Shown one piece after another: positions 1 through 10,239 of a DNA stretch of 26,086 nucleotides. Source of the DNA: a virus (taxonomy: Duplodnaviria > Caudoviricetes); the IMG/VR virus record IMGVR_UViG_3300020045_001118, positions 1 through 26,086 of that record. One strand, 5' to 3'. A program made the position numbers and the translations under genes. Positions within the stretch are counted from its first letter, which is position 1, and every line of letters starts with the position of its first letter. Under the pieces are notes generated by a model. The model was not told the DNA's origin and made no database searches. It worked only from the letters and a program-made list of their open reading frames with translations.

Positions 1-35
1 CTTCCATTTAATCGCCCTCTTCCATAAAATAGTCA

Positions 36-78
36 AAAAAAATATGGGAAGAATACATTATTAATATACTCTCCCCAT
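36..78 (-). terminator. Probable intrinsic terminator after the major tail protein gene
   Basis: Minus strand ATGGGGAGAGTATATTA...TAATGTATTCTTCCCAT (G-U tolerant stem) followed by ATTTTTTT. Confidence 0.65.
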
Positions 79-118
79 TTGGAATAATCACTTTAATCTA
101 AATCATCATTATAACTAA

Positions 119-931
119 TTACGCAAGACCTGCGGTTTCAATAACTTTCATTTCCCAAAGCGTATCGTCTGTACAGCTAGCTTTCAATGCCTCGAACGAA
201 ACGTTGAAGGAAGCCGGGTCTCCATCAGAAGCCAAGTCCATAGAGAATTCGCCTTTAAGTTTAGCTTTAGGGACAATAATAACTGCCGGATATTCTACAC
301 CAGAACAAGCATCTTGAACAAGAGAAACTAATTCAAGTTTAACAATCTTAGAGAAAGAACCTGCTTTGTTCGAGATAGTCGTAGCGGTTGCAGAAGTCGT
401 AACATTGTAAGCAACAGCAATTTTAGTTCCGGCCGGAAGGTCTCCTGTGAAGAAAGCAATTGCTTTTGTTCCACTTGTGTAAGTGAATTTTTTCGTAGTT
501 ACTGTACCAGTCATTTGTGTGTACTCTTCGCCAAAAGAACCGTCTACGTTATAAACATAGATAGTGCCAATTTCAGCACCAGCTGTTCCAGCAGCCGTAT
601 AAGTAGTTGTTGCAGCATTTGTTCCTACGGTTAGGATTTCAAACCAAGGATAAGTTGTAACGCCAGTTACAGCGTCAGTACCGCCAATCATACCAATCAT
701 ATCATTGTAGAATACAGCGGCACTAGCTTCTCCTGTCATTCTTTTGGAGTGAGAGTGACCAGTAATGTAAGCATTACCAGCACCACCCATAGAATATACG
801 TCTTCTTGAGCGTTTTGGATGTTACATGTCTTTAAGTCGTTTACAAAAGACAGAAGTTTGTTTGTTGAGACATCTTTAACACGCATGTCAAAAATTCTCT
901 GGATAACCCATTTATTAGAGAGTTGAGCCAT
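119..931 (-). CDS. Major tail (tube) protein, siphovirus type
   Basis: 270 aa, Thr/Gly/Ala-rich, with a C-terminal 'IIVPKAKLKGEFSMDLASDGDPASFNVSFEAL' segment typical of tail tube proteins. Strong GGAGG RBS, position after the neck genes, followed by a terminator. Confidence 0.75.
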   Translation of the reverse strand: MAQLSNKWVIQRIFDMRVKDVSTNKLLSFVNDLKTCNIQNAQEDVYSMGGAGNAYITGHSHSKRMTGEASAAVFYNDMIGMIGGTDAVTGVTTYPWFEILTVGTNAATTTYTAAGTAGAEIGTIYVYNVDGSFGEEYTQMTGTVTTKKFTYTSGTKAIAFFTGDLPAGTKIAVAYNVTTSATATTISNKAGSFSKIVKLELVSLVQDACSGVEYPAVIIVPKAKLKGEFSMDLASDGDPASFNVSFEALKASCTDDTLWEMKVIETAGLA

Positions 932-1040
932 TTTTTATTTCCTCCTATAAGTTATTGATAAGCGAATGTTTTGTTTCCAAAACATCATTCTTTATATTAT
1001 TAAAATCCCAACTAAGGGAATTTCAATTCATTTAATTTAT

Positions 1041-1817
1041 CTATTTGATTTTTGCAGACCAATGTATCTTATTAAAATTCACATCTTTAGTTGAAATATT
1101 TCCAGTGAAATATCCTTGCATAGTTTGTGCATAATTAAAAAGCTTTTCAACAGTTAAATAACCACTGTATATTTGATATGGCGTTAAACTCCAAATAGAT
1201 TCTTGCGTTTCGCTACAATTCTCAGACCATAATAAAGATGTTATAATCGAATAAATATCATTGTCAATTCCTTCTGCTGATTTCCTAGCCATATCCCTTT
1301 TGATAAGTTCTTTAGCATATTCGTTAGAAGCAATTCTGCGTTTCTGAGGTTTGATATAATACATCTTCATCAAAACTGATTTCAAATAATGTATATTATC
1401 TCTTCCAATATATCCACCAGTTTTATTGTTATAAAACACAATATTATTGATTGGATACTTTTCTTCCTCATTTCCGACAAGTTGCCTTATCTCAAACTCG
1501 GCATCAAACATAAGATTCATAACTTTAATCGTCATTTCTGTTTCTGTATACTCAACTTCATCAAACTTTAACTTTGACTCATTGCATGACAACATTACGA
1601 ATAGATGAAAATAAGTTACGTCCTCATATTTTATTCCAAAATCTTCTAAATGATATTCAAATTCATATGGTTCTTTTGTAGCACAAGTTATAACTTTATT
1701 ATAATTACTATATCCAACCTTTTCCTCAATTTCGTCCATCGAATGATGATGAAAGTAAATCCCATCAACAATCTTAATAGGCTTTCTACGCATGAACTTA
1801 TAAGTTAAATCACTCAT
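1041..1817 (-). CDS. Conserved phage morphogenesis-region protein, function unknown
   Basis: 258 aa ORF coupled to the upstream gene by an ATGA overlap; lies in the neck/tail region. Confidence 0.6.
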   Translation of the reverse strand: MSDLTYKFMRRKPIKIVDGIYFHHHSMDEIEEKVGYSNYNKVITCATKEPYEFEYHLEDFGIKYEDVTYFHLFVMLSCNESKLKFDEVEYTETEMTIKVMNLMFDAEFEIRQLVGNEEEKYPINNIVFYNNKTGGYIGRDNIHYLKSVLMKMYYIKPQKRRIASNEYAKELIKRDMARKSAEGIDNDIYSIITSLLWSENCSETQESIWSLTPYQIYSGYLTVEKLFNYAQTMQGYFTGNISTKDVNFNKIHWSAKIK

Positions 1818-2317
1818 CTACAAGTCGCATTAGAATTATTAGTGAATTTGTACACCAATCTATATCCGTAGAAATAGTCAGAATACATTAATTCTTTAAC
1901 ATCCGTTAACAACACATAATTCATACTGTAGCCTTCTAAGTATTTATTGTTGAGCATTGCATCAATTCGATTAACAATTTCATAAACACGAATTTCCCCA
2001 TCATCAATCATCCATTTGTTCAAGTGTGTCATTATATCAATGGCAATATACTCATCAGCAAACCCTTTATTCCTATTAGTCAGTTCGGCTTTATACAAGT
2101 GAACATTGACAACAGTGGTTTCTTCGGTTTCTGCTGGAGCTTTCTTAGGTAATGGGAATAATTGTTTTAGTAATAGAGTTGAGCGTGTATTTGTAATTGT
2201 TGGTTGACTTAGAGGATTTGCTTGGTTATAATAAATTAGCTTGCATAAATCTTGGTTCTTGAGTATTAAGTCGATAATCTTACTAGCAACGTTAGATAAT
2301 TCACCAAAATATGCCAT
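1814..2317 (-). CDS. Putative tail terminator / tail completion protein
   Basis: 167 aa; size, position between the head-closure and tail tube genes, and a C-terminal 'GYRLVYKF' beta strand. Function is from synteny only. Confidence 0.5.
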   Translation of the reverse strand: MAYFGELSNVASKIIDLILKNQDLCKLIYYNQANPLSQPTITNTRSTLLLKQLFPLPKKAPAETEETTVVNVHLYKAELTNRNKGFADEYIAIDIMTHLNKWMIDDGEIRVYEIVNRIDAMLNNKYLEGYSMNYVLLTDVKELMYSDYFYGYRLVYKFTNNSNATCR

Positions 2318-2323
2318 AGTTTA

Positions 2324-3313
2324 TCACCATAACCCTTTCAGTGTAATATTAATTACCTTAGTTTGAACGCCAGTTGTACACGTAACAGTCAGTTGAGTTG
2401 AAGATTTAAGCAAATTCTTCACACTAAAACTATTACCGCTTATATTTGTGAATGTGTAATGAGTGCCATCATTCGCCAATCCAGTTAAGGCATAGGTGAA
2501 TGTTGCAGGTTGTAATACATTAAGTGCATATAATCCTACAGTATAAACTTGGGTATCACCCTCAAATATTTCTTCTAAATAAGGTGTAATCCTAATCTCG
2601 TTTGGAACAGTAGGAACAATACCTGTTTCTGGTCGATTGTAAGCGTTAGCGATATTGTTTATCAAATCATCGTTAACATCGACAACGACTTCTGTAAAGG
2701 TAAAAGTATATAAATTCTCAATTGATTGCTTGTTGATATTATTAACCACATAAGCATATCCGTTGAAAATAAATCTTTGATTAATCTTAATCTTGCTTGA
2801 TGTTGTATTATCTTGAACCCACGCTTTTAACTCTCCAGATACAATATTCTGCTGTTTATCATAGTCAAAAGTGGTATCACGCAAATCATAGTCAAATACA
2901 CAAGGTTCTGAATACAGAACATCGTTTTCATCAAACCACTTCATTGTATTATTACATCGTCTAACTTGAACTGAGTTAGTTGGGCTAAGTATATTATCAG
3001 CATTAATTCCAAGCCAATAATTGTTAGCAAAACTATAACGATAACCAATTCCAGTTGCATGAGTATTATATTGGAATACCAATTTTTTAAAGTCATCACT
3101 CAATCTAGTTCCAGTTTCAGAACGTATTGAACTTTCAACTCTAGCGTCAATATTCGTAAAAGTTTTTGTACCGAATGTTAATTCTTCGCCAATCGTAAAT
3201 ACATTAATTGCATTATCAAATTGGTCATCAATTGTTGCTTGTAAATGTTCTAAGTAGCCATCTTTAGGCGTTGTTGCGATTTCTAGATATGAGTTATAAA
3301 ATGTTAATGCCAT
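2324..3313 (-). CDS. Putative head-closure / neck protein with a C-terminal Ig-like beta domain
   Basis: 329 aa, beta-rich, with an 'RRCNNTMKW' motif and a Thr-rich C-terminal domain; GAGGTG RBS; neck-region position. Confidence 0.5.
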   Translation of the reverse strand: MALTFYNSYLEIATTPKDGYLEHLQATIDDQFDNAINVFTIGEELTFGTKTFTNIDARVESSIRSETGTRLSDDFKKLVFQYNTHATGIGYRYSFANNYWLGINADNILSPTNSVQVRRCNNTMKWFDENDVLYSEPCVFDYDLRDTTFDYDKQQNIVSGELKAWVQDNTTSSKIKINQRFIFNGYAYVVNNINKQSIENLYTFTFTEVVVDVNDDLINNIANAYNRPETGIVPTVPNEIRITPYLEEIFEGDTQVYTVGLYALNVLQPATFTYALTGLANDGTHYTFTNISGNSFSVKNLLKSSTQLTVTCTTGVQTKVINITLKGLW

Positions 3314-3316
3314 TAT

Positions 3317-3670
3317 CTAGCACCTCGCTTTCATATCTTCGACAATGTTAATGCTTGAAAATACTAACTTTCTAAGCTTTTGATGCTCGTCTTGAGACAC
3401 CCATAACATTTCTTCAACATAAGCCAACAAGGTTACAAACTCCCTAGTATAGAACAATTTAGTGCTTCCAGATATCTCATATGCAAAGTTTTGAACATAT
3501 AGCATGAAATTATCATGAGCATCTTCTTTGCTGTAAATTACAATACGAGTTTTATAATCCCTTCCTTCAAACACTGTTAAGGCTTTATAAAGTGAATTAG
3601 TTAGATATTTGAAATATTCATCAGCTGTTTCTGGGTCAATTTTTAAGTTATATTTCTTAAACTCATACAA
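3317..3670 (-). CDS. Small neck-region hypothetical protein
   Basis: The ORF track gives 3317..3685. The in-frame TTG at 3670 has GGGGGT 7 nt upstream and overlaps the previous stop, so it is the more likely start. Confidence 0.6.
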   Translation of the reverse strand: MYEFKKYNLKIDPETADEYFKYLTNSLYKALTVFEGRDYKTRIVIYSKEDAHDNFMLYVQNFAYEISGSTKLFYTREFVTLLAYVEEMLWVSQDEHQKLRKLVFSSINIVEDMKARC

Positions 3671-4127
3671 TGAAATTACCCCCAATCCAGTCTTGAATTG
3701 GAATATTAATCAATCCGTAGTCCATCATTTCTTGGCTAATCTTTTCTCTAACTTCATCCATGGTGCTACGCTTTTCCTTTAAGTTATTAGCCTCGCTTAC
3801 GCGTTTATAATCCGAGGTACCTCCTTGAAAATATGAGGTTATCTTCGTAGCGTCATAAGTTTCTTTTTCCCACCAAGATAATACTAATAAGTTTGATATA
3901 ATACTTTTTTCTTTCATATTCAAATCAACCGTAAATGTATTACCAGCTACATTAGTTATTACATCTAAATCATATTTGCAATTTGTAAAATCGGAAAGGT
4001 GTTTAAGTAACAATCCCTTCAAATAAGTAGCAAAGTCTGTTTCAGATTGAGCATATAATTTATTCAATTTATAATCAACGATAGACACTAACGCCAAGTC
4101 ATAAATTTCTTCAAAAGTTGTTGCCAA
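3663..4127 (-). CDS. Putative head-tail adaptor (connector) protein
   Basis: 154 aa, predicted helical, 'MATTFEEIYDLAL' N-terminus; second gene after the major capsid gene. Confidence 0.55.
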   Translation of the reverse strand: MATTFEEIYDLALVSIVDYKLNKLYAQSETDFATYLKGLLLKHLSDFTNCKYDLDVITNVAGNTFTVDLNMKEKSIISNLLVLSWWEKETYDATKITSYFQGGTSDYKRVSEANNLKEKRSTMDEVREKISQEMMDYGLINIPIQDWIGGNFIV

Positions 4128-4163
4128 ATATACTCACCGACTTTCTAATCGGTAAAAGAGTCA

Positions 4164-4835
4164 TTAAGACTCTTCAACCGGATTAATAACTTCATCTATC
4201 ATCTTAGCAATATCTGTGTGATAATTTTTAGACATTAATCTTAATTTATTATAGTCTAATTCTTCTCCACCAACTGCTCTCGCAACAAGCAAAGATACAA
4301 TCGTTTCTTTCTGCATTTCAGAAGCTTCGCCAAATATCTTGCCAACTTCTGTTGCATCCATATCAAAAAGTGTGTTAATTTCTTCTGCGGTGAGGATTCC
4401 TGCTTGCAGTTCCTCAATACCGTTTTTCTTAACCACTATGTCGTCCAAAATAATAAAAGCACCTTTTCTATGAAAAGATTCTTCTGCATTAATAATTGCT
4501 GATACATCTTCATAAGCAATGTTTCTAATTTGACCATATTTAGTAAACTTGTACGGCTTACCTCTGCCAAAACCTTCTGTAGACAAGTTAAGCACGTGAT
4601 TTCTTAATGACATTACCTTAACATATTTGTTAGGGGAAATATCTAAATCATCAACTGTACTTTCAAGTGTTACTGCAACTGGTGCGGTATTTTGCATTTG
4701 TGCCATCAATTGACTTACTAAATCTTTTAGCGTATCAACTTCCGAACGTAATTGTTTGTTTTCTAATTCTGCGGTTGTTGTCGTAGTTTTAACATCCTCA
4801 ACCACTTCTTCTTTAACTGCTTTCTTAACTGCCAT
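4164..4835 (-). CDS. Hypothetical protein with an N-terminal coiled coil, directly after the major capsid gene
   Basis: 223 aa, AAGGAG RBS, heptad segment 'LENKQLRSEVDTLKDLVSQLMAQM'. Confidence 0.7.
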   Translation of the reverse strand: MAVKKAVKEEVVEDVKTTTTTAELENKQLRSEVDTLKDLVSQLMAQMQNTAPVAVTLESTVDDLDISPNKYVKVMSLRNHVLNLSTEGFGRGKPYKFTKYGQIRNIAYEDVSAIINAEESFHRKGAFIILDDIVVKKNGIEELQAGILTAEEINTLFDMDATEVGKIFGEASEMQKETIVSLLVARAVGGEELDYNKLRLMSKNYHTDIAKMIDEVINPVEES

Positions 4836-4867
4836 TTATTGTTCTCCTTTTAATCATTATAAGCTTT

Positions 4868-4895
4868 AATAAAAAGGGGATACTTACGTACCCCC
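4868..4895 (-). terminator. Intrinsic terminator after the major capsid gene
   Basis: Minus strand GGGGGTAC-GTAA-GTATCCCC-TTTTTATT. Confidence 0.85.
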
Positions 4896-4932
4896 ATGTT
4901 ACACTTCTATATTAAGTTTTGAGAGTTTGAAA

Positions 4933-6036
4933 TTAAGATAATGTAATTTTACCAGCAACAGCAGAAGAAACAACAGCAACGCCGTAAGATTTCTTGAATG
5001 TAGCTTGTTGAGTTAAATCAGCATTAGCATAAACATCATCGGTGATAGTCATCAAAGCGCCTTCTAAACAAAGTTTAACAGGCTTTCCAGCTGTAGGGGA
5101 GATAATATAAAGAGCAGTATCATCCAACAGTAATTTATGAGGAGTCGTCCAGTCAGCAACTTGTCCAAGTTCGATAGCGTCAAAACCAAATGCCGTTCTA
5201 ACATAACCAACTTTTACAAATTCGCTTTCAATCATGTATCTGTAGTAAGTTCCAGCAGGCAATACTTTAGACAGAGCAAGTTGTGTACCAAGGATAACTG
5301 CTTTTTGTCCGCCGTTGTAAGCTGTAACTCTTTGTCCAAGAGAAACTAAATCATCTTGGGTATAGCCAGTGATTTTCAGTTCGCCGTCAGCAGGAGTTGT
5401 AGGAAGTGCGTTCATAGCTGTATCAAATGCTGTGTAGATATCAGTAGCCATTTGAGTTTCGATAGAACGAACAGCTTTAATTACGAACTCAGCAAGAGAT
5501 TCTTGACCAGCAAGGACTCTGTACAGAGAAACGCCAACTGTGATGTTGCGTACTTGAGGAACTACAGTAACTTGACCTTTGAATTGTTTGTGGACTTCGC
5601 CATGGCGTTTTCCGAATGTTCCTTTAGAAACAACAAACAAATCTTTAGGCTTAACGTCGAAAGCAAAGCTATCGCCATAAGCGCCAGTTCTTACTTCGGT
5701 AATCATACCAAAGTTGGATGCTGTAATAACTTCCGGCAGAATAAGGTCAATCATTGCGCCGATAACTGCAAAGGTTGCCCATTTGAAGTTAGGGTTGTTT
5801 GCCATTACTTCCGGTTTGAATTCAGAGAAGTTTACAACATTACCTTGTTTGCAAATTTCAGCAATCAGGTTTTTGTTCATTTCTTCTTCTTTTTCGGCGA
5901 AAGTAATAGTGTTGTCATAAGAACCTTTGATATCCATTTTATTTTCAGCCATGTAATGTCTGAAATAATCTTGGAATTGTTCGTAAACTGTGACGTTGCT
6001 TTGAGCAAAATTTAATACGTTATATGGAATCTTCAT
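4933..6036 (-). CDS. Major capsid protein (HK97 fold inferred)
   Basis: 367 aa, GGAGG RBS, order portal-protease/scaffold-decoration-capsid, followed by a terminator. Confidence 0.85.
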   Translation of the reverse strand: MKIPYNVLNFAQSNVTVYEQFQDYFRHYMAENKMDIKGSYDNTITFAEKEEEMNKNLIAEICKQGNVVNFSEFKPEVMANNPNFKWATFAVIGAMIDLILPEVITASNFGMITEVRTGAYGDSFAFDVKPKDLFVVSKGTFGKRHGEVHKQFKGQVTVVPQVRNITVGVSLYRVLAGQESLAEFVIKAVRSIETQMATDIYTAFDTAMNALPTTPADGELKITGYTQDDLVSLGQRVTAYNGGQKAVILGTQLALSKVLPAGTYYRYMIESEFVKVGYVRTAFGFDAIELGQVADWTTPHKLLLDDTALYIISPTAGKPVKLCLEGALMTITDDVYANADLTQQATFKKSYGVAVVSSAVAGKITLS

Positions 6037-6066
6037 TTATAGTCTAGCCTCCTGTTTTGTTTTTAA

Positions 6067-6606
6067 TTAAATTGCAACTACTTCGAATTGGTAAGCAGTT
6101 ACTCTACCAGTAGCGCCAAGCGTACCAGTACCGATTGTGATATAGTTAGTAGCAAGAAGCTTCAAAGAAAGACCAGATACAGCCGCAGCCGCCCATGTCA
6201 ATTTGAATGCGCCATTAGTAGCAACTACAAAAGTGTTAGTGGAAATAGTTCCAGCAACAGCGTCAGCCGTCAATGTGATAACATCGCCAACTTGTGGTTT
6301 GATTGCTGTGAATACATTACCAGCAACATTGTAGAAGTTTCTGATGTCCGGGTCAAGACCTTTGTATTGGCTAGTTCCAGAAACAGTTACAACAACTTCT
6401 GGTTCGAAAGCCATCCACAGGTTAGTCAAATAGCTAGTTGCCGGAGCGGTAGCTGTCCAAACTTCGCCTTCACCTGCTGTAGCAGATTTAGTTGCTAATT
6501 GAAAAACACTACCATTGTCAATATCACTTGCAGATTTTGCATTTCTTACGTAAGCGTCGATATCTTTTGCTACGTATTGATTAGGAATTACGATACCATG
6601 TGCCAT
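6067..6606 (-). CDS. Capsid decoration / cement-like protein
   Basis: 179 aa, Ala/Thr/Gly-rich beta protein between the scaffold and capsid genes; GGAGG RBS. Confidence 0.65.
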   Translation of the reverse strand: MAHGIVIPNQYVAKDIDAYVRNAKSASDIDNGSVFQLATKSATAGEGEVWTATAPATSYLTNLWMAFEPEVVVTVSGTSQYKGLDPDIRNFYNVAGNVFTAIKPQVGDVITLTADAVAGTISTNTFVVATNGAFKLTWAAAAVSGLSLKLLATNYITIGTGTLGATGRVTAYQFEVVAI

Positions 6607-6630
6607 TATTTATTTTCCTCCATTGTGAAA

Positions 6631-7941
6631 TTATTTTGTTCCCCAAAGACTTTTCTTCTTAGGTGCAACGATGTCATTGCCTAACCCCATTCTAGTAAAA
6701 GGCTTGGATTCCTTAGTTTTAACTTTATCTTTTGCAAATGTATATGCTTCGGCTTTAAGTGCATTTGCCCATGCATCTACATTAGAAAATTCAACAACTT
6801 TTGCTTTCCACTCTTGAACTTTATCTTCTGGCATATCTGCGGAAACTTCTTGACAAGCGAATTCAATCTTTCTCGTCTTCTCTTCCTCAAATTTGACAGC
6901 TTTTTCTTCAAGAATTTCTTCTTCAAACTTAGCGAGTCTAATATTCTCTGCCTCAATTTCGGCAAATTTGGCTTCCATCTCGCACATTTTAGCCTTCATA
7001 TCATTATAGGCTTCCATGTCAACTTCCGCCATACCCTCGCCACAACCCATCTCGACTTGTTTGTCAATTTCGGTAATGACTTCGTTATTTTCTTCGGTAG
7101 CCATTTCTACCTCGCCATCTTCTTTTTCGGATTCTTCATCTTCTTTTTCTTCGACTTCAACTTCTACGACGGTTTCTTCCATCAGTACAGTTTCATCGTT
7201 CTTTTCAGCTTCCGTTTCTTCAAATTCGATTACGATTGCTTCATCAATTTTATCATCAGCGTTCAATGTTGTTTTACCCTCCATTCTTTTATCATTTCCA
7301 ATATTATTAATATCGGCAAATAGCTTTTGTGATTTTTTCCAAAAGTCTTCTCTATTTTTAACATTCTGCCATAAACTGTTTGTATCTTTTATAAAATCGT
7401 CAGCAGTAAAGTTGACCATCTTAATTTCGCTACCACTTGCCGAGGGATTAATCCTTTTGCCAAGTACAGTCACACCAGTAAAAATAAATTCAGTAATCCA
7501 CTCATATCCGTCTTCTCTAATTTCGGTCTTTGTTGCCAAAGCCTCCATAGATACAGCGGCTTGTCCCTTGTGAACATCTCTAAGTGCATTAATTGCCCAA
7601 GGCGCATAATGCTTAGAAATAATAGCTTTAGCTTTGATGAAGGTTTCGCCTTCAATCTCGTCATCAACTAATTCAATTTCAAACTCTTTCGGAAAGTAGC
7701 CAATTATAAATTGCGCTTTCTCGTGTGCTTTGAAATCATATCCACTAAACCCAGCAACAAGAAACTTATTATGTAAAGTTTCTGCGGCTTGTTTAAGCGA
7801 TTCTTTTGCAACAGGAAGTTTATGAGTATTCATTCCAGAGCGAACCACTTTAACTTCTGCAATAGCGAGTTGGCTATCGGATATTTCTTTAATATTAATA
7901 TTATTTTCGTCAATAGAAAATTTTATTACCTTATTTTCCAT
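6631..7941 (-). CDS. Prohead protease-scaffold fusion
   Basis: ATG at 7941 follows GGGAGG, a better start than the track's 8022. The N-terminal domain has 'AHE', 'AVSME' and 'FTGVTVLG' segments typical of phage prohead protease-like domains; the C-terminal half is very acidic and coiled-coil like a scaffold. Confidence 0.75.
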   Translation of the reverse strand: MENKVIKFSIDENNINIKEISDSQLAIAEVKVVRSGMNTHKLPVAKESLKQAAETLHNKFLVAGFSGYDFKAHEKAQFIIGYFPKEFEIELVDDEIEGETFIKAKAIISKHYAPWAINALRDVHKGQAAVSMEALATKTEIREDGYEWITEFIFTGVTVLGKRINPSASGSEIKMVNFTADDFIKDTNSLWQNVKNREDFWKKSQKLFADINNIGNDKRMEGKTTLNADDKIDEAIVIEFEETEAEKNDETVLMEETVVEVEVEEKEDEESEKEDGEVEMATEENNEVITEIDKQVEMGCGEGMAEVDMEAYNDMKAKMCEMEAKFAEIEAENIRLAKFEEEILEEKAVKFEEEKTRKIEFACQEVSADMPEDKVQEWKAKVVEFSNVDAWANALKAEAYTFAKDKVKTKESKPFTRMGLGNDIVAPKKKSLWGTK

Positions 7942-8137
7942 AATAACCCTCCCACCTAGCAAAAATCTTAAAAATGACGCCAGACTTGCATAATATGTCT
8001 TCAACTTCGTGATTATAGGCAAAGTAATAATAATTGTAATCTTTTGATATTGGCTCTATCCCATGCCTAGTCAAGTATCTAGCGCAAAACTTATTGCACT
8101 TAATTTCATGTTTTAACCCATGATTTAAAAGATGCAT
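7931..8137 (-). CDS. Small hypothetical protein (68 aa)
   Basis: ATG at 8137 lies just after the ferritin stop; the ORF fills the gap and overlaps the protease start. Confidence 0.5.
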   Translation of the reverse strand: MHLLNHGLKHEIKCNKFCARYLTRHGIEPISKDYNYYYFAYNHEVEDILCKSGVIFKIFARWEGYYGK

Positions 8138-8138
8138 T

Positions 8139-8615
8139 TTATAATGACAAAGTGTTATTAAATAATACCATGTCGTTGCATAATCTAATTTGCGTAGCAA
8201 ATTTATTCGCCAAATCTTCCTCTTCAACTTGCTCTGTGAGCAAATCTGCGATAACAGGAAGGTCAATAAACGAACTAGAATCTAATGCAACTCTATAAAT
8301 ATTCTCCAATAACTTTGTCGTACCTACTTCCGTTGTAATGTAAAGTTCGCCAATATCACTTATAGTATTAATTACAACTTGTGGAGCCGGAACTGCGTCA
8401 ATCAAGACTTTACCATATAATCTATTGTTTAAATGGTCAATCAATTTCTGCGCATGTCCAAGCTCATCTTTTGCTTGCTTAAAGAAAAAATCTGCAATCT
8501 TAGTTAATTCTAAATCTTCAAAATATGACGCAATTTGCAAATAAATCGCATTATTATTGCGTTCATGTGTAATTTGTTCATTAATTAACGTATTAAGTTG
8601 CTCTGTTAATCTCAT
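8139..8615 (-). CDS. ftnA: Non-heme ferritin (FtnA-like)
   Basis: 158 aa; 'LINEQITHE...IYLQIASYF...FFFKQAKDELGHAQKLIDHL...TE...EQVEEE' matches the ferritin four-helix pattern with ferroxidase ligands (E, Y, ExxH, E, QxxE). AAGGAG RBS. Confidence 0.88.
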   Translation of the reverse strand: MRLTEQLNTLINEQITHERNNNAIYLQIASYFEDLELTKIADFFFKQAKDELGHAQKLIDHLNNRLYGKVLIDAVPAPQVVINTISDIGELYITTEVGTTKLLENIYRVALDSSSFIDLPVIADLLTEQVEEEDLANKFATQIRLCNDMVLFNNTLSL

Positions 8616-8642
8616 TTCATTATTCTCCTTATAAAAATGTGA

Positions 8643-10220
8643 TTAGTCACCAGAATACTCACGGTTAGTGGCTCCAGCGTCCGATAAATCTTCTAAACTC
8701 TTTTCTGGTCTTCCACCTTCTTTAGTAGATTGTTGCCCAGCAGACATTTGAGAAGCATTTATAATCATTATAAGTTTGTCTGCAAATCCAGATGCTTTAG
8801 CTTCCTCCAAGTGTTGAATCATTACATGGTAATCCATTCCCATTGAAGCCGCAACTTTGTGTGGCATAACGATGCCTTTTTCCATCAATTTCATTTGTGC
8901 ATCAAGTCTATCTTTACGGTTGGAAGTAAATTCCGTTCCCTCAAACTTGAATTCGAATTTATATTTACTTGTTAAAGCATTTATGTTATAATTAAGGAAG
9001 TTCTCAAAGTATGGATAGATATAAGTTGAAAGCATTTCATCAACGTTGATTGAAGCGGCTGTTTCGAGTGTATTAGGCTTGTCGCTACCATAAATCAATC
9101 GACTGTTAATACCAGATGAAGCACTCAAATTCTTATTATAGGCTTCTTGGATATTGTTCTGATTAACGTCAAACTCAACCATCTTAATATCTTCGAATGG
9201 TGCCGCACCAACTGCGATATTCTCGCCAACTCCACTTTTAATGAGTTGTAAGAATGTACCGAGGGTTGTGGGGTCAACCGCGAACATATCCTTTACGTTA
9301 CCAGATTTATTATCCTTCAACATTGGAATTAAACCAACCATTATTTTAGTTGCCTCAATGATATACTTGCTTTTCTGCAAATTCCTCATCATCGGAGCTA
9401 AAACTAAGTCATTAAACATAGGGGACAAAAACGGAACGTTTCCGGCAATATCTGGATTAAACTTAAACGCCCACATACCGTCCTCGTGACCAGTTTGTGT
9501 CCAATACATATATGTATCGTCACGATAGCCGAGGTTATTTGCAGGGTTATAGGTGAGTTGTTGTCCACTTGCGATTCTTGACATATAATCTTTAAATACA
9601 TCTGCATACATGTCAACAGATACAGATGGAATCATAAACCAATACATATTGAAGTCAAATAAGAATCCATATTCAGAACGTCCAGTAATCTTGCAATATT
9701 CTCTAGGAAGTTCTTGTAAGATATATTTATTACCTTGATTTCTGAATGAGGTATAATAAGTTTCTTGTCTAAGCATCATCTTCATAGCCTTTTTAAATTC
9801 AGCTTTGTAGTCAAACTTACGCAAGAAATCTACGACTATTTTACAATCCTTCTTAAATGCAGGTTTCGTCATTTCTTTAGGGTCGGCATCGCTTGTATAG
9901 GTTAAATCAAATGCGGGTATTAAAGAAATATAGTTAAGAGTACGCTTATAAATCATATCGGTATATTCAAAGAACTCACTAAATCCAATTAGACTTGACT
10001 CACTATTCTTAGGGTCTTTTAAAGCCTTTGTGATATCTGCTTCTGTAGCCATTAAAGGATTCATGTTAATGTCTTTCATCCTAGAGTTCATTAACTCTGG
10101 AGTGAACATTCCATTATACATATAGTTGGAAGATAGACTACGGGCGAACTCCAATGTGCTCCACACTGTATCAGAGGATAGTTCTCCACTCGCTATTTCT
10201 TTTTCAATTTGTTCTGACAT
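8643..10220 (-). CDS. Portal protein
   Basis: 525 aa between terminase and protease; 'LQELPREYCKITG', 'FDFNMYWF' and a C-terminal 'GGRP' tail are common in SPbeta-like portals. AAAGGAGG RBS. Confidence 0.8.
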   Translation of the reverse strand: MSEQIEKEIASGELSSDTVWSTLEFARSLSSNYMYNGMFTPELMNSRMKDINMNPLMATEADITKALKDPKNSESSLIGFSEFFEYTDMIYKRTLNYISLIPAFDLTYTSDADPKEMTKPAFKKDCKIVVDFLRKFDYKAEFKKAMKMMLRQETYYTSFRNQGNKYILQELPREYCKITGRSEYGFLFDFNMYWFMIPSVSVDMYADVFKDYMSRIASGQQLTYNPANNLGYRDDTYMYWTQTGHEDGMWAFKFNPDIAGNVPFLSPMFNDLVLAPMMRNLQKSKYIIEATKIMVGLIPMLKDNKSGNVKDMFAVDPTTLGTFLQLIKSGVGENIAVGAAPFEDIKMVEFDVNQNNIQEAYNKNLSASSGINSRLIYGSDKPNTLETAASINVDEMLSTYIYPYFENFLNYNINALTSKYKFEFKFEGTEFTSNRKDRLDAQMKLMEKGIVMPHKVAASMGMDYHVMIQHLEEAKASGFADKLIMIINASQMSAGQQSTKEGGRPEKSLEDLSDAGATNREYSGD

Positions 10221-10239
10221 TTATTTACATTCCTCCTTT

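Noticed and set aside
1-7. Start of a further minus-strand gene (ATG at 7 after GAAGAGGG)
   Set aside because: Only two codons lie in the window; probably real but cannot be annotated.
5137-7573. Long plus-strand ORFs (5356-6015, 6088-6498, 6814-7323, 7016-7573)
   Set aside because: Antisense shadows of the codon-biased capsid, decoration and scaffold genes; low-complexity translations and no RBS.
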